A stretch of DNA of 53,449 nucleotides, taken from assembly GCA_009103225.1 (NCBI GenBank), contig RHPI01000975.1:1-53449 (forward strand), written 5' to 3'. A program made the position numbers and the translations under genes. The stretch comes from Chlorokybus atmophyticus (Eukaryota; Plantae; Mesostigma and Chlorokybus algae). The notes under the pieces were generated by a model. The model was not told the origin of the DNA and searched no databases. It was given only the letters and a program-made list of their open reading frames with translations. Numbering within the stretch: the first letter of the stretch is position 1; each line of letters starts with the position of its first letter. Positions 1-9,716 of the stretch are shown piece after piece.

Positions 1-1529
1 GCAGCAACAGGCAGGCTCAGGCAGGCTCAGGCACCAGTCAGTCCCTCAGTCCTTAGTCAGTCACCGTGTAAAATTTGCGACGGTACCGGTGACTGTACAC
101 TAACTCAGTGTGACAAACATGTACCTCATGGTACTTTTTCCCTACCGATTGTTATTGATAGGTATATCTAAAGGTACCTGTTAGTACCGTTCAGGTCATG
201 ATTGGATACCCAAATGCGTGACAAGCAAGACGGCGACTGAAAATTATAAAAATACAATATATATTGCAAGTTATAAAAGTACTACAATGTATGCACAATC
301 TGAACTACCTATTGTGAGCTACTACTACCATTACTACTACCATAGTCTAAGGTCTTGATAGAAACCGGCGCTCCTGCACGGCGCTCCACCTCCGCCGTTG
401 CTCCTACAAAGCACATGGCAATTAATCAAGCGCAGTCAACAGAAACATACACAACCTTCACACTTGCGTGCTGTCGCTTACCATACTGCCGCCGTCGCCG
501 TCGCTGCCGCCGCCTGGCCTAGCTTGGCCTGGCCTGGCTTGGTTGGCCTGGCCTGGCCTAGTTTCGTCTGGCTAGGGCCGCCGTGAGACAAGAACGGCCA
601 TTAGCTTGCATGCGCATAACAACGTCAGCATACAAGCTTACTTCTTGTAGGCCGCCGCCGCCGCCGCCGCCCAGCGCTCACCTGTTCAACACTTCAAGCC
701 GTTGAGCGTTTGAATGACTTGGGCAGCCAAACTCAATCAAACGCTCAACGGTACAATGGCACCGTCGTACCATTCAAATGGTACGATTATGTCATTATAG
801 CAATGGAAATTTTGTACCATGAATACGGTACGATAATTGCATTGTGCCACCGTCCCGACTTACCGGCATTACTCGCCGATATATAGGGACGGGCGGTAAC
901 TTGCTTGCATAACCGTTAAGTCGCCGCCGCGTTAAGTGCACGACCGGCGGTCGGCCGTCACACTTAATAAGCGCGGTAAGGTCACCTGATAGGGACCAAC
1001 GGTGACTGGCTTGCTATAGTACTACTATGGCCTAGTAGGCAGGCCGTCGCGCATACTTTCCGACGGTCAGTGTACGACCGACGGTCGGCCGTCACAGTAT
1101 GTCACAAAAACGTGACTTATCCGCTATACAGATAGGTCGCCATCGCGCATATGGGATGACCGAACATCGGCCATCGCCTTAAATTGCGGTGTTGCCATCA
1201 CAGGCAGGCCGCCGTTGATTGTACCTATTGGCCGACCGCTTGCCGTCGGTATGTGTTGCTTAGTAGTAACGGCCGTCCAAAAAAGTCCCTTTATGGACCA
1301 ATCCGTTACGTCAATTAGGATCAGGCAGGGTCAGGCACTCGTCAGTCCCTTAGTCCCTTGTCAGTCACCATGTAAAGTTTACGACGATATCGTGACCAAT
1401 GCCTTATTGGTATGACTCTCGCAGACAAGTCATGGCAAAAATATGAGGTGATTGACAACGCAGATCCGGAGCGGAGGAGATACTTCCATGAATGGGGCAA
1501 TCCCATAATCTGGCAAATGATCGTGCAAT

Positions 1530-2134
1530 GTTGGTCTTACGCCGTCACTACTAAGAAAAATGGAGTTTCCTACACACTCTCTTGCCATGCATTGTTAATC
1601 GCGAACTCAGCCATGGGGAGATAAATATCCCAATCATATTGATTTGGACTCACATAATGCCAAGTGGTTTCCTCAAGCACTTGATTGGCGCGTTCAGTGT
1701 CACCATTAGTCTGCAGATGATAAGCAGTACTCATGTGCTGCTGTATCTGCAAGAAGTTGCATAGCGACTTTTAAAACTAAGCCACAAATCGGGTCACGGT
1801 CAGAGACAATGTTGCGAGGCAAACCATGCAACTTGAACACTGACGCGACAAAAACCATCGCTAGATCACGGGAGCCTATCTCCGTACGGCAAGGAACAAT
1901 GTGAACCATTTTGGGCAAACGATCCACAAATACTGCAACCGCAGTATGACCCAACGCTGTCTTAGGGAGCTCAGTGATAAGGTCTATACTCACAGTTTCC
2001 CACCTACTGTCAGGAACTGGTAACGGCCGCAGTAGCCCAATAGGCTTTTGGCGTAACGGTTTGTCACATTGACATTTGTCACACGTGTCCACATACCGCT
2101 TCACACCAGCAGGCAACGATGGCCACCAATACAA
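1530..2134 (-). pseudogene. Retrotransposon integrase, frameshifted and C-terminally truncated
   Basis: YWWPSLPAGVKRYVDTCDKCQ, WETVSIDLITELP, VFVDRL, STAYHLQTNGDTERANQVLE, WDIYLPMAEFAINNAWQESV*ETPFFL, split over several frames. Confidence 0.93.
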
Positions 2135-2288
2135 CTGTTGCGCTGCCTTAATGGTCTTGCGAATACCAAAGTGCCCAGCGTAAGGTGGATCGTGTATATC
2201 CGTATATGCATTTCACACGCAGTTCAGCAAGGTCAGGTATCACCACACTGTTGCTCATGTAATACAGATTGTCACATTTGTCAAACTT

Positions 2289-2792
2289 TTATAAGTTGTC
2301 TGCAATAGAACACGACGGGTTCAAAGTGTACCTCTGCACAACAACTTGCACAAAGTCATTATTGGGAGACAATGTGCTGCGTGTCGCGAGTAATGGCGCG
2401 CGCATCACCGTCAGTAATGACGGGCAGCGACTCAAAGGGTCAGCCACATTGGTTCTGCCCGGCCGATACACCCAATCAAAGGTGAACCTGGACTCAAACT
2501 CATTCCAGCGCGCTTGCCGCCTCGATAGGTTTTGCTGTGTTGAGAAATACACCATTAAGTTGTGATCAGTTACAACAATAAAATGAACACCCTTTAAGTA
2601 ACATCTCCATGTCTCAAGAGCATGAACTAATAGTTCTTGCTCTGTCGTAATGTAGTTCACCTCTGCATGAATGAACTTCCTACTCTCATAAGCACAAGGT
2701 CTGCCATCTTGCAACAGTACCGCACCACACCTAAGTGTTGATGCGTCACTGACCACTGCGAAGTGTTTGTCCCAATTTGGCAGTGCTAACAC
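2289..2792 (-). pseudogene. Retrotransposon RNase H domain
   Basis: LALPNWDKHFAVVSDASTLRCGAVLLQDGRPCAYESRKF...EQELL...TDHN...RQARW...NVADPLSR. Confidence 0.93.
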
Positions 2793-2804
2793 TGGCGTCG
2801 ATGT

Positions 2805-3834
2805 TCAAGACAACTTCACCTTTTGCATAGCAGGTTCTTGTGCTGTTGTCCAAGTGAACGGGGCATCTTTACGCAACAGTTTGGTCAAAGGCATGACAAC
2901 TGTCGAGTACCTCATTATAAACTTGCGAGAGTAGTTTGCCAACCCTAGAAACGACCTTAGTTGATGGACATTCTGAGGTTGGGGCCCCCAGTTCACAACT
3001 TGTACTTTGCGAGGGTCAGGCTTGATCCCCGCACCACTCACAATGTGAGCAAGAAAGGGCAACTCCGTTTTACAAAAAACACATTTAGTGAGACTTGCCA
3101 ACAAACGATGCTTGCGCAATCTTGCAAACACCGCTTCCACCTGTTGCCCATGTTCTTCCTTTGTTTTACCGAAGATAATGATGTCATCCAAGTATATCAT
3201 GACATGTGGACCAAGCATGTCACCGAAAATTTTATTTCATTTCCTTCTGAAACACAGCGGGTGCATTAGTCAATTCAAAAGGTTACACTTTGTATCGATA
3301 ATGGCCTGTAGGTGTCCGAATGCTGTTATATAGACATCTAAAGGATGAATCCGAATTTTGATGATAGCCGCTTGTCAAGTCTAGCGTATTAAAGTACACA
3401 TTCCCTGACAACTTGTTAAACACATCATCAATCCTGGGCAACGGGAATCTGCTCTTTACCGTGATCTTGTTTAAAGCGCGGTAATCCACACACATGCGCA
3501 ACTTCCGGTTCTTTTTCATAACAAACAATATGGGTGCACCAAAGGGTGAAGAACTTGGTTCAATCAATCCCTTTTCCAATAACTCTTTTATTTGTGTTTT
3601 CATTTCCCCCTTCTCACGAGGGCTCAACCTCTATATATGCCGAAATGGAGGCTCACTATTAGGAATTAAAGGTATTGTATGTCCGACACCTCGATCAAGG
3701 GCCAAACCCGGCAACTCATCTAAGAACACATCCAAAAATTTCTTAATAGTGTCCGCCACACCTTCTGTATTGCCAGGCACTACATCGTCACTCGACGTTA
3801 AGTGCATTAGAAAAGCAGGTGTGTTTTTACGCAA
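2805..3834 (-). pseudogene. Retrotransposon reverse transcriptase, frameshifted
   Basis: IEPSSSPFGAPILFV, RMCVDYRALNKIT, FPLPRIDD, LDLTSGYHQ, MIYLDDII, LRSFLGLANY. Confidence 0.96.
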
Positions 3835-4083
3835 TGCACCCTGCGTTACTTACGGCGCTTCACTTGAAGCGCCGTAAGAAACGCAGGGTCTGTTTGCTTG
3901 TATTCCAAGCTATGCAACCCCTGTACGGACAAAGTGATGCGCTTACGCCCCTTCCTTACTGTGCACAACCGTGCAGCAGTATCTAATGTCATAGACACTT
4001 GACCTTGCCATTCTTGGCCAAATACCACATCAACACCAACTATGTCTGTGGGTAATGGGTACTACGATGAAAGTTAATTTGGC

Positions 4084-4413
4084 TTAATATCTGCCAATTT
4101 TAACTTTCAACTTGATTTCACCTTTTACTGATAACGCACTTCCAGCACCAGCAGCTGAGAAGGCTGAGGGTTTACACGCTATCTTATTGCGCATAACCCA
4201 TTTGTTTTTGACGAACTTATGCGTTGCCCCGGTGTCAACCAAGAACGAGCTAGTAATACCCTGTGCCGTGCCTGTGAAGGTCCACAATAAAGGTACTACT
4301 CGCCCTTGAAAGGTAGCCAAGATTCCGTGACTGATGCGTGGGTTAATCAATACTACTGACAACCGCACTATCCCCGTCTCACGCTTTGTGAATTGTTTCA
4401 ACACAGTCCCCCC
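4084..4413 (-). pseudogene. Retroviral-type aspartic protease
   Basis: SSFLVDTGATHKFV with the DTG catalytic motif. Confidence 0.9.
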
Positions 4414-5184
4414 NNNNNNNNNNNNNNNNNNNNNNNNNNNNNNNNNNNNNNNNNNNNNNNNNNNNNNNNNNNNNNNNNNNNNNNNNNNNNNNNNNNNNNN
4501 NNNNNNNNNNNNNNNNNNNNNNNNNNNNNNNNNNNNNNNNNNNNNNNNNNNNNNNNNNNNNNNNNNNNNNNNNNNNNNNNNNNNNNNNNNNNNNNNNNNN
4601 NNNNNNNNNNNNNNNNNNNNNNNNNNNNNNNNNNNNNNNNNNNNNNNNNNNNNNNNNNNNNNNNNNNNNNNNNNNNNNNNNNNNNNNNNNNNNNNNNNNN
4701 NNNNNNNNNNNNNNNNNNNNNNNNNNNNNNNNNNNNNNNNNNNNNNNNNNNNNNNNNNNNNNNNNNNNNNNNNNNNNNNNNNNNNNNNNNNNNNNNNNNN
4801 NNNNNNNNNNNNNNNNNNNNNNNNNNNNNNNNNNNNNNNNNNNNNNNNNNNNNNNNNNNNNNNNNNNNNNNNNNNNNNNNNNNNNNNNNNNNNNNNNNNN
4901 NNNNNNNNNNNNNNNNNNNNNNNNNNNNNNNNNNNNNNNNNNNNNNNNNNNNNNNNNNNNNNNNNNNNNNNNNNNNNNNNNNNNNNNNNNNNNNNNNNNN
5001 NNNNNNNNNNNNNNNNNNNNNNNNNNNNNNNNNNNNNNNNNNNNNNNNNNNNNNNNNNNNNNNNNNNNNNNNNNNNNNNNNNNNNNNNNNNNNNNNNNNN
5101 NNNNNNNNNNNNNNNNNNNNNNNNNNNNNNNNNNNNNNNNNNNNNNNNNNNNNNNNNNNNNNNNNNNNNNNNNNNNNNNNNNNN
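4414..5184. other. Assembly gap (N run), flanked by a near-identical 17-19 nt duplication
   Basis: Left flank ttcaacacagtcccccc; right flank ttcaacacagttccccccc. Confidence 0.95.
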
Positions 5185-5499
5185 TTCAACACAGTTCCCC
5201 CCCGAGTATGCTTTAGCCATGGTCCATGACTTGGGCACCATGACAACCACACTCAGTGTCGTGTGTTTAATTTGTAACTCACACAATGTGCGCAAAACTT
5301 CTGTTAGCATGTTAAATTCTACATGCACTAGCACACAAGCCTGGTCATCCACTTTTTCACTATCAAACAGTGGCAGCTTATCATGTGCTTGCCATGCAAA
5401 TGTCATTACATGTACACGAGACAATTCATCAAACCAGTTTACTGTATGTAACACTAGTAACTGGCCATAAGATGAAGGTACATCAGTCACGACGTAGTC

Positions 5500-6830
5500 C
5501 TATTCAACATTCTTAGCCTTGCCCTGTCCCTTGGTTGGGCAGTTCTTCGCAATGTGACCTGGCTGATGGCATACGTAGCAGACGCGTGCTGCAATAGGCG
5601 TAGCACCACTCGCAGGTGCGTATGAGGTCTTGACCTTTTTCGTCGCATGCGCACTAGGTGGAGGGAACTGCTTCCCCCTCCCCCGTGTGGCTTGACTGAA
5701 GCCACCACCTGTGACTTGTCCTGTACAGCCGTAGCATCGTCATTGAACAGATACACACTCAACCTCTGCAAGGTTGCGACGTCCGCGGGAACCCACGGTT
5801 GCCCCATCGACGTGTTGTACTGCAATTGGTCACGCAAGCGCATCTAAGCCGCGCTTGTACAGGTCAAATTGCTCAGCCTTGTCCATGGCATGAGCCCACT
5901 GTTGTCACGGCCAACAAGTGCCTGAAACTCTTGCAAGTACACTGAAGCCGCCCAACCATTTTGTCGCAGTTTGATAAGCTTGTTGCGAGCAACAGTAGTG
6001 GGGTGCATGCCACCGTAGCACTCCACCAAGAACTGAAACAATGCCTCCGCAGTCTTGGAAGCACCATCCTCTGTTTGACGTACCCACTCGGCCAAAGCGT
6101 CAGGTGGCATGAGCAACTCAGCAACAGATGTATGCTCGCTGACGGGTCGCTGAAGTGCAGCCAAGTAGCGCTTCACATTCACCACCCAATCATGAATGTT
6201 CACAATCCCATTGGGCTTGAACTTCTCGGGCTTGTTCAACGCTGTGACGGGTAGGCCAACTGATGTCCCTGCTACAGTTGTGGTAGCCCCGGCCACCTGT
6301 TGGTGTAATGCCACCAACTCGGACTGCATAGCATCAAGGCGTGCAGTCAAGCGCTCTTCTCAAGCTAACTTCTCCTGCAGCTCAGGCCTTAAGTACCGGA
6401 AGGGGTCCTTGCAACGCTTCTGAGTTTCCACCGTCAATAAGGTGGAAGCATCAGACGCCATCCTCTGGCCTGGATACGGGCCCAGTTTGTCATAAGTGGC
6501 CATAAGAGCGGCCATTGCTGGATCTGTGCGCATGAGTTGCGGTACATTACGCGTCAACTCGTGCTCGATCATGCGAATCACCATCTCCTTGCTTGCGCGC
6601 GGGTGTGCCGCGAAGTCCGTCTCATATGCATTACGGACTTGCTGCGCTCACTCATCCCACACTTCCTTGCGAAGCTGGGGTTGTGCGGCAAGAAGAGCCT
6701 CACGCTCTGATTCGTACTTTCATGGCCGCCCCGATGATGCTCTGAGCGTCTATAGGTTGTTCGTCATGAGAGGACTTCTTTGAAGAAGCTTCACCACTCT
6801 TGGACTTGGCTTCTTCCTCCTCAGTGACAT
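5500..6830 (-). pseudogene. Gag (capsid-like region plus CCHC zinc knuckle), with internal stops and frameshifts
   Basis: One frame runs from ATG 6830 to 5844, interrupted by four stops. It contains ARNKLIKLRQNGWAASVYLQEFQAL (retrotransposon gag-like). Zinc knuckle CYVCHQPGHIAKNC at 5539-5580. Confidence 0.85.
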
Positions 6831-7835
6831 TGTAACTACCACTCGTCTCCGAGTGTTTCACTTCCTCATCACTTTATGGCTCATAGGATGAATCCTCAGG
6901 CACGGGATACATCCCACCTTCCTCTCCTTGGTAAGACATCTGCCCACGGAGACAAGCCGTCAAAAAGTTTGCAAGTGCACGAGTGCACAAGCACACGAGT
7001 TGTGCACTCTGAAAGTGTCAAAATTTGTTGTTTCTTTCGCGTTAATGTCAAGGTGCTATACTTGGGTTAAACAGCACGTAAAGTTACTGCCCAACACCTC
7101 TCAACAAGACGCTTGCTTGTAAACAAACCGTACGCGAATCCACGCGACGGTTCACAAGCTACAACAACTTAAAGTTTTCACTTTGTACAACCCTGCTCAA
7201 CTCACAATTGTAAATGACACAAAAGGTGCCAAACTTTCATCGAATCAGCCCTACAGGCAGATATTAACAAGTTGTGAGTCGAGGGTTTGATATCGACCGC
7301 TCAGTATGAATTTGGCGGCCCTACCGCACTGAATGGCCGAACCAGCCCAATTTGGCTTTAGATTGCTTTCTTGGGGTGGGAGAAATGTAAACAACCACAA
7401 CCCCCCCTGACACCACTACAAATCTACGTGGTGGCAGCTCCAACCACGAGCACACTCACAAGTAATATGTGATAGTCACAAGGGATGTGCTGGGATGCAA
7501 TACTTGAGGTGAGGCTGCCTGAGTGGCCACCCCCCTTTCACACTAACAAGCTACGCTAGGCTAGGCAAGCTAGGCTAGGCTAAGCAAGCAAGGCAAGGCA
7601 AGGCAAAGCTAGGCTGCACCGACAGCAGCACTATACAACAACAACAACTATACAACAACAACAACTAGCTAACAACTATCATTACCCACCCTAGTGGGCA
7701 GCGGCTGCTAGCTGCCGCCGTTGCCGCCGCTGTCAGGCCGCCGGCCTGACAGCGGCACTGAGCAGTGCCGACTGCCGCCTTTGCGCCCCGCCGCCGTCAA
7801 AGCCGTCGCCGCCCCCCCCAGGCCCCCACGTCCTC

Positions 7836-7847
7836 GCTCTGATACCA
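7836..7847 (-). promoter_or_regulatory. Primer binding site complementary to the tRNA-iMet 3' end
   Basis: Minus strand reads ...CTTACA-TT-TGGTATCAGAGC, the canonical plant-type iMet PBS 2 nt after an LTR CA end. Confidence 0.93.
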
Positions 7848-7849
7848 AA

Positions 7850-7964
7850 TGTAAGAAGGGGGGTGCTATCGCCCCCTTTAATTCCCTGCCCCAACACCAA
7901 CACCACAGCCACGTCGCCGCCGCCGCCGCTGGCAGCGAGAGGGGGGGGGGGGGGGGGGGGGGGG
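7850..7964 (-). repeat. 3' edge of the 5' LTR; the remainder runs into poly-G and the N gap
   Basis: TGTAAG on the plus strand (LTR ...CA on minus) directly abuts the PBS. The outer boundary cannot be seen. Confidence 0.75.
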
Positions 7965-8414
7965 NNNNNNNNNNNNNNNNNNNNNNNNNNNNNNNNNNNN
8001 NNNNNNNNNNNNNNNNNNNNNNNNNNNNNNNNNNNNNNNNNNNNNNNNNNNNNNNNNNNNNNNNNNNNNNNNNNNNNNNNNNNNNNNNNNNNNNNNNNNN
8101 NNNNNNNNNNNNNNNNNNNNNNNNNNNNNNNNNNNNNNNNNNNNNNNNNNNNNNNNNNNNNNNNNNNNNNNNNNNNNNNNNNNNNNNNNNNNNNNNNNNN
8201 NNNNNNNNNNNNNNNNNNNNNNNNNNNNNNNNNNNNNNNNNNNNNNNNNNNNNNNNNNNNNNNNNNNNNNNNNNNNNNNNNNNNNNNNNNNNNNNNNNNN
8301 NNNNNNNNNNNNNNNNNNNNNNNNNNNNNNNNNNNNNNNNNNNNNNNNNNNNNNNNNNNNNNNNNNNNNNNNNNNNNNNNNNNNNNNNNNNNNNNNNNNN
8401 NNNNNNNNNNNNNN
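7965..8414. other. Assembly gap bounded by G runs
   Basis: N run with poly-G on both sides. Confidence 0.98.
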
Positions 8415-9716
8415 GGGGGGGAGGGCAGCAAGTGGACGGAAAAGTTGTTGAGTAACTGTGTAAATGGTGTCCACGTGCGTGAATACATACTTACAGATAT
8501 TCGTATGCACTAAAGCGTGCGAGTAGTAACAGTTGATGTTGTACGTACTCAAACAACACTCTTGAGTGTGCTTGTCTGAGTACGTGCAACATGCCACATT
8601 CGAACACAAACCCAATACAGATTACACAATTCCGCACTTATACGTGCACGATTGCAATTTACCCACACGCACGCATCATTGCATCTGGGTGATAGTAGGT
8701 AAAACGGTGCATAGCTACTGCGAGTAATGCGGCTGTGCTGTGGTTGCAGTCTTGCAATCAGTTTGCTACAGGCGAAGAAGAGGGCTATTTTGGCATGTGC
8801 GATATTGTTTTCCGGCAGCTGCAACTCAAGGCAAGTGCGCGTGGTGCTCAACTGTATACGGCTGACATACTCGACAAGCCATCGCACTGCAAACGGCTAC
8901 AGCTACATACTGTTTTGCACTCGACTACAGACATGACTTGCGAACATGTGACACTGGAGGTACACGTGTTTGCAATTGATGTTGTTTGAGCCCAGCATTG
9001 TCATTCTGTTCAAGCACATAGGTGCATGCGGGATTGCCTGTGCCTGGGGACGCACGTGCGCACCTGCCCCGCGCATGTTCTTAATTGCACTTGCTGTGTG
9101 AATATGCATTTCTGTGTACGCGCTTGCTTGCTTAAATGCATGCGTGTGCGTGTGCATGTGCATCTGTGCGTGTGCAATTGCATAGTCATGTGTGCGCGTG
9201 CGCGTGTGTGTGTTGTCTCAGGGTTTAGCCACCATGTTGGGCGATGGCATCACCCAGCTCATCACCGACGATGAAGTCCACATTGATCCCACCTTTGCTT
9301 CCACTCCTCACTCCTCTTCGCAGACTCCACCTCTAACACCTCAGCATTGTCATGCTCGTCCTCGCATGTGGCTATCACTGTGGCGGGGCTATGGTCCTTC
9401 CGTCCCGAAGACAACGGCGGCCCGAAGAAGAGACGTACCAGCCTACAGCCGCAGGATGTGGAGAACCGTAGCTGTAGTTGTAAGGTTAGGGTTACATGTG
9501 ACAGATGACAAGTGCAGAAGCTTTGGGATCTACCAGTGAGCTGACCAGTTTAGTGCAGTCAACAATGCCGTGCTGTTGGTTTTGATGGTGGTCAATGCAT
9601 GCATACACGCACACATGCAAGCCTACATGCATGCATGTACGTGCACATACGCACGCCCATGCACAAGGCATTGCTTGCACAATACTCTTGAAGATTTATG
9701 TACACAAAGGCGTGCC

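Larger units (their letters stand above)
1530..7964 (-). mobile_element. Degenerate Ty3/Gypsy LTR retrotransposon (LTR-PBS-gag-PR-RT-RH-INT), 3' end truncated
   Basis: Domain order gag, protease (FLVDTGATH), RT (YLDD), RNase H (SDASTLRCGAVLLQ), integrase (H-C-C zinc finger remnant, WETVSIDLI) places integrase last, as in Ty3/Gypsy. An iMet PBS sits next to an LTR edge. Many stops and frameshifts. No chromodomain, PPT or 3' LTR is recognisable below ~1530. Confidence 0.95.

Noticed and set aside
1412-1624. Plus-strand ORF with chromodomain-like words (KYEVID...RRYFHEWG)
   Set aside because: It is antisense to the integrase remnant and lacks the chromodomain spacing and the TWEP motif; likely coincidence.
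5497-5505. TAG between the Gag zinc knuckle and the pol frame as programmed stop-codon readthrough
   Set aside because: The two regions are in frame, but the context TAG-GAC-TAC is not the CARYYA readthrough motif. The element has many other C-to-T nonsense codons, so CAG to TAG decay is simpler.
7386-7540. TG...CA segment as a nested solo LTR
   Set aside because: No target-site duplication on the flanks.
8735-9540. Exon-like pieces (GEEEGYFGMCDIVFRQLQLK; GLATMLGDGITQLITDDEV; PKKRRTS)
   Set aside because: Splice-like signals exist, but I could not build a consistent frame or recognise a family. Possibly a decayed gene; left uncalled.
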